From: an uncultured delta proteobacterium | Lineage (GTDB): Bacteria > Desulfobacterota > Binatia > UBA9968 | Assembly (NCBI GenBank): GCA_963840855.1 | Contig: CAWJBB010000005.1 | Location: 1-63,056, forward strand | Reading direction: 5' to 3' | Length of the DNA: 63,056 nucleotides | Part shown: positions 61,689 to 63,056 of the stretch, piece after piece | Layout of the letters: every line of letters begins with the position of its first letter | Position numbering within the stretch: the first letter of the stretch is position 1 | Notes under the pieces: model-generated | What the model saw: only the letters and a program-made list of their open reading frames with translations | Databases searched by the model: none | Told to the model about the DNA's origin: nothing | Made by a program: the position numbers and the translations under genes

Positions 61689-63056
61689 TCAGCTGGTTCT
61701 CAGTTCTTCGGCGCGGATCGGCAATTTTCGGATGCGCTTGCCGGTACCGGCGAAGATGGCGTTGCACACCGCCGGCGCGAGCGGCGGCACGCCGGGTTCT
61801 CCCACGCCGCCGGCCGGCGCGTTGCTGGGAATAATGTGGACCTCGACAACGGGCATCTCGTTGATCCGCACCATCGGGTAGTCGTGGAAGTTGCTTTGTT
61901 GCACTCGCCCCTTGTCGATTGTAATGGCGCCGTACAGAGCCGCAGTCAGACCCCAGACGATGCTCCCTTCGATCTGAGCTTTGACCGTGTCGGGATTGAC
62001 GAAGATGCCGCAATCGATGGCGCAGACCACGCGATGAACCCGCACCTTGCCGTCCTTTTCGATGGAAACTTCGGCGACCTCGGCGGCGTAACTGCCGTAG
62101 GAAAACGCAACTGCGATACCTCGGAAGCGACCCTGCGGCAGGGGCTTTCCCCAATCGCCTTTTTCCGCGGCCAGCTCCAATACGCCTTTGTGGCGCGCGG
62201 CCTTGGTGAGCAGGTCGCGGCGAAACTCGAACGGATCCTTTTCGGCGGCCGCAGCCAACTCATCGATGAAGGACTCGGTGATGAAAGCGTTTTGCGACGC
62301 CCCCACCGAGCGCCAGAATCCGACCGGGATGCCGAGGTCTTTGTAAATGTACTCCACTTGCAAGTTGGGAATCGCGTAGGGGAGGTTGGCCGCGCCTTCG
62401 AGTCATTAAAGAGTCGATGCCGTCTTTCAAAGGCCGGCCGTGCTGCACGCCGATCGATGGAGCCACGATCCGGTGCAGCCACGCCAGTGGCATGCCGCGC
62501 TCATCGAGGGCAGCGCGAAACATATTGTAGGTTGCCGGCCGGTAGTGACCGTGGCGCACGTCATCTTCTCGCGACCAGATAACCTTCACGGGCGCGCCGA
62601 CCGCCTTCGACGTTTCGACGGCATCGGCGACGAAATCCTGTTCGCCGCGCCTTCCGAAGCCGCCGCCAAGGAGCATGGTGTTGACCTTGACCGCTTCGCT
62701 CGGAAAACCGCTGATGCGCATGGCGGTGCGCTGGGTGCCGGTCTGGTTTTGGGTTCCGACCCATACTTCGCATTTATCTTTTCCGACATGGGCGGTGCAG
62801 TTCATCGGCTCCATTGTCGCGTGGGCGAGAAAAGGCACCTCGTAAACCGCGTCAAACGTTTTGGCAGCGCCGCCAAGCGCGCCGTCGCATCGCCTTCCTT
62901 GCGCGCCACCGGTCCGGGCTGCTTGGCGGACTCGGCGTAGATCCGAGTGATCTCGGTGCTCGTCAGTTGCGCGTTGGGCCCTTCGTCCCAGGCGATCTTG
63001 AGCGCCTCGCGGCCCTTCTTGGCCGCCCAATAACTGTTTGCCACCACGGCAACTCC
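61689..63056 (-). CDS. Isoquinoline 1-oxidoreductase beta-like (IorB) molybdopterin subunit; 5' partial, frameshifts near 62885 and 62400
   Basis: [32 protein letters not shown] and GGVGEPG motifs. Confidence 0.9.

Overview
A bacterial chromosomal segment of moderately high GC. The gene content (many orphan Bug/TctC and AfuA-like binding proteins, amidohydrolase-2, OCD/mu-crystallin, xanthine-dehydrogenase-family enzymes) resembles Candidatus Binatia or related deltaproteobacteria-like soil lineages; this is inference only. The core genes are argC, addB-addA plus a DEDDy exonuclease, ggt, yqjD/E/K, a class V aminotransferase-serA-purA operon under a ZTP riboswitch, radC, rlmI, moaC and trxB. 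Catabolic and transport genes are interspersed: a coxM-L-S-like molybdo-hydroxylase, an iorB-like gene, an EutA-like ATPase plus bicupin, tandem amidohydrolases and MFS transporters. The most unusual part is an AT-richer accessory hotspot at about 5.8-10.8 kb that the ORF track mostly misses. It holds an integron-type cassette (attC) with a HEPN/AbiU2-like gene, a DUF2971 gene, three antitoxin-like genes each preceded only by the 3' stub of its toxin, a Rieske oxygenase, and a heavily frameshifted small alarmone synthetase (RelA/SpoT domain) coupled to a small partner gene. Intergenic spaces carry several REP/REPIN-like families and palindromic GTTCAA tandem arrays. Scattered single indels in housekeeping genes suggest long-read consensus errors, so frameshifts here are not proof of pseudogenisation. 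I saw no tRNA, rRNA, CRISPR array, integrase or transposase.
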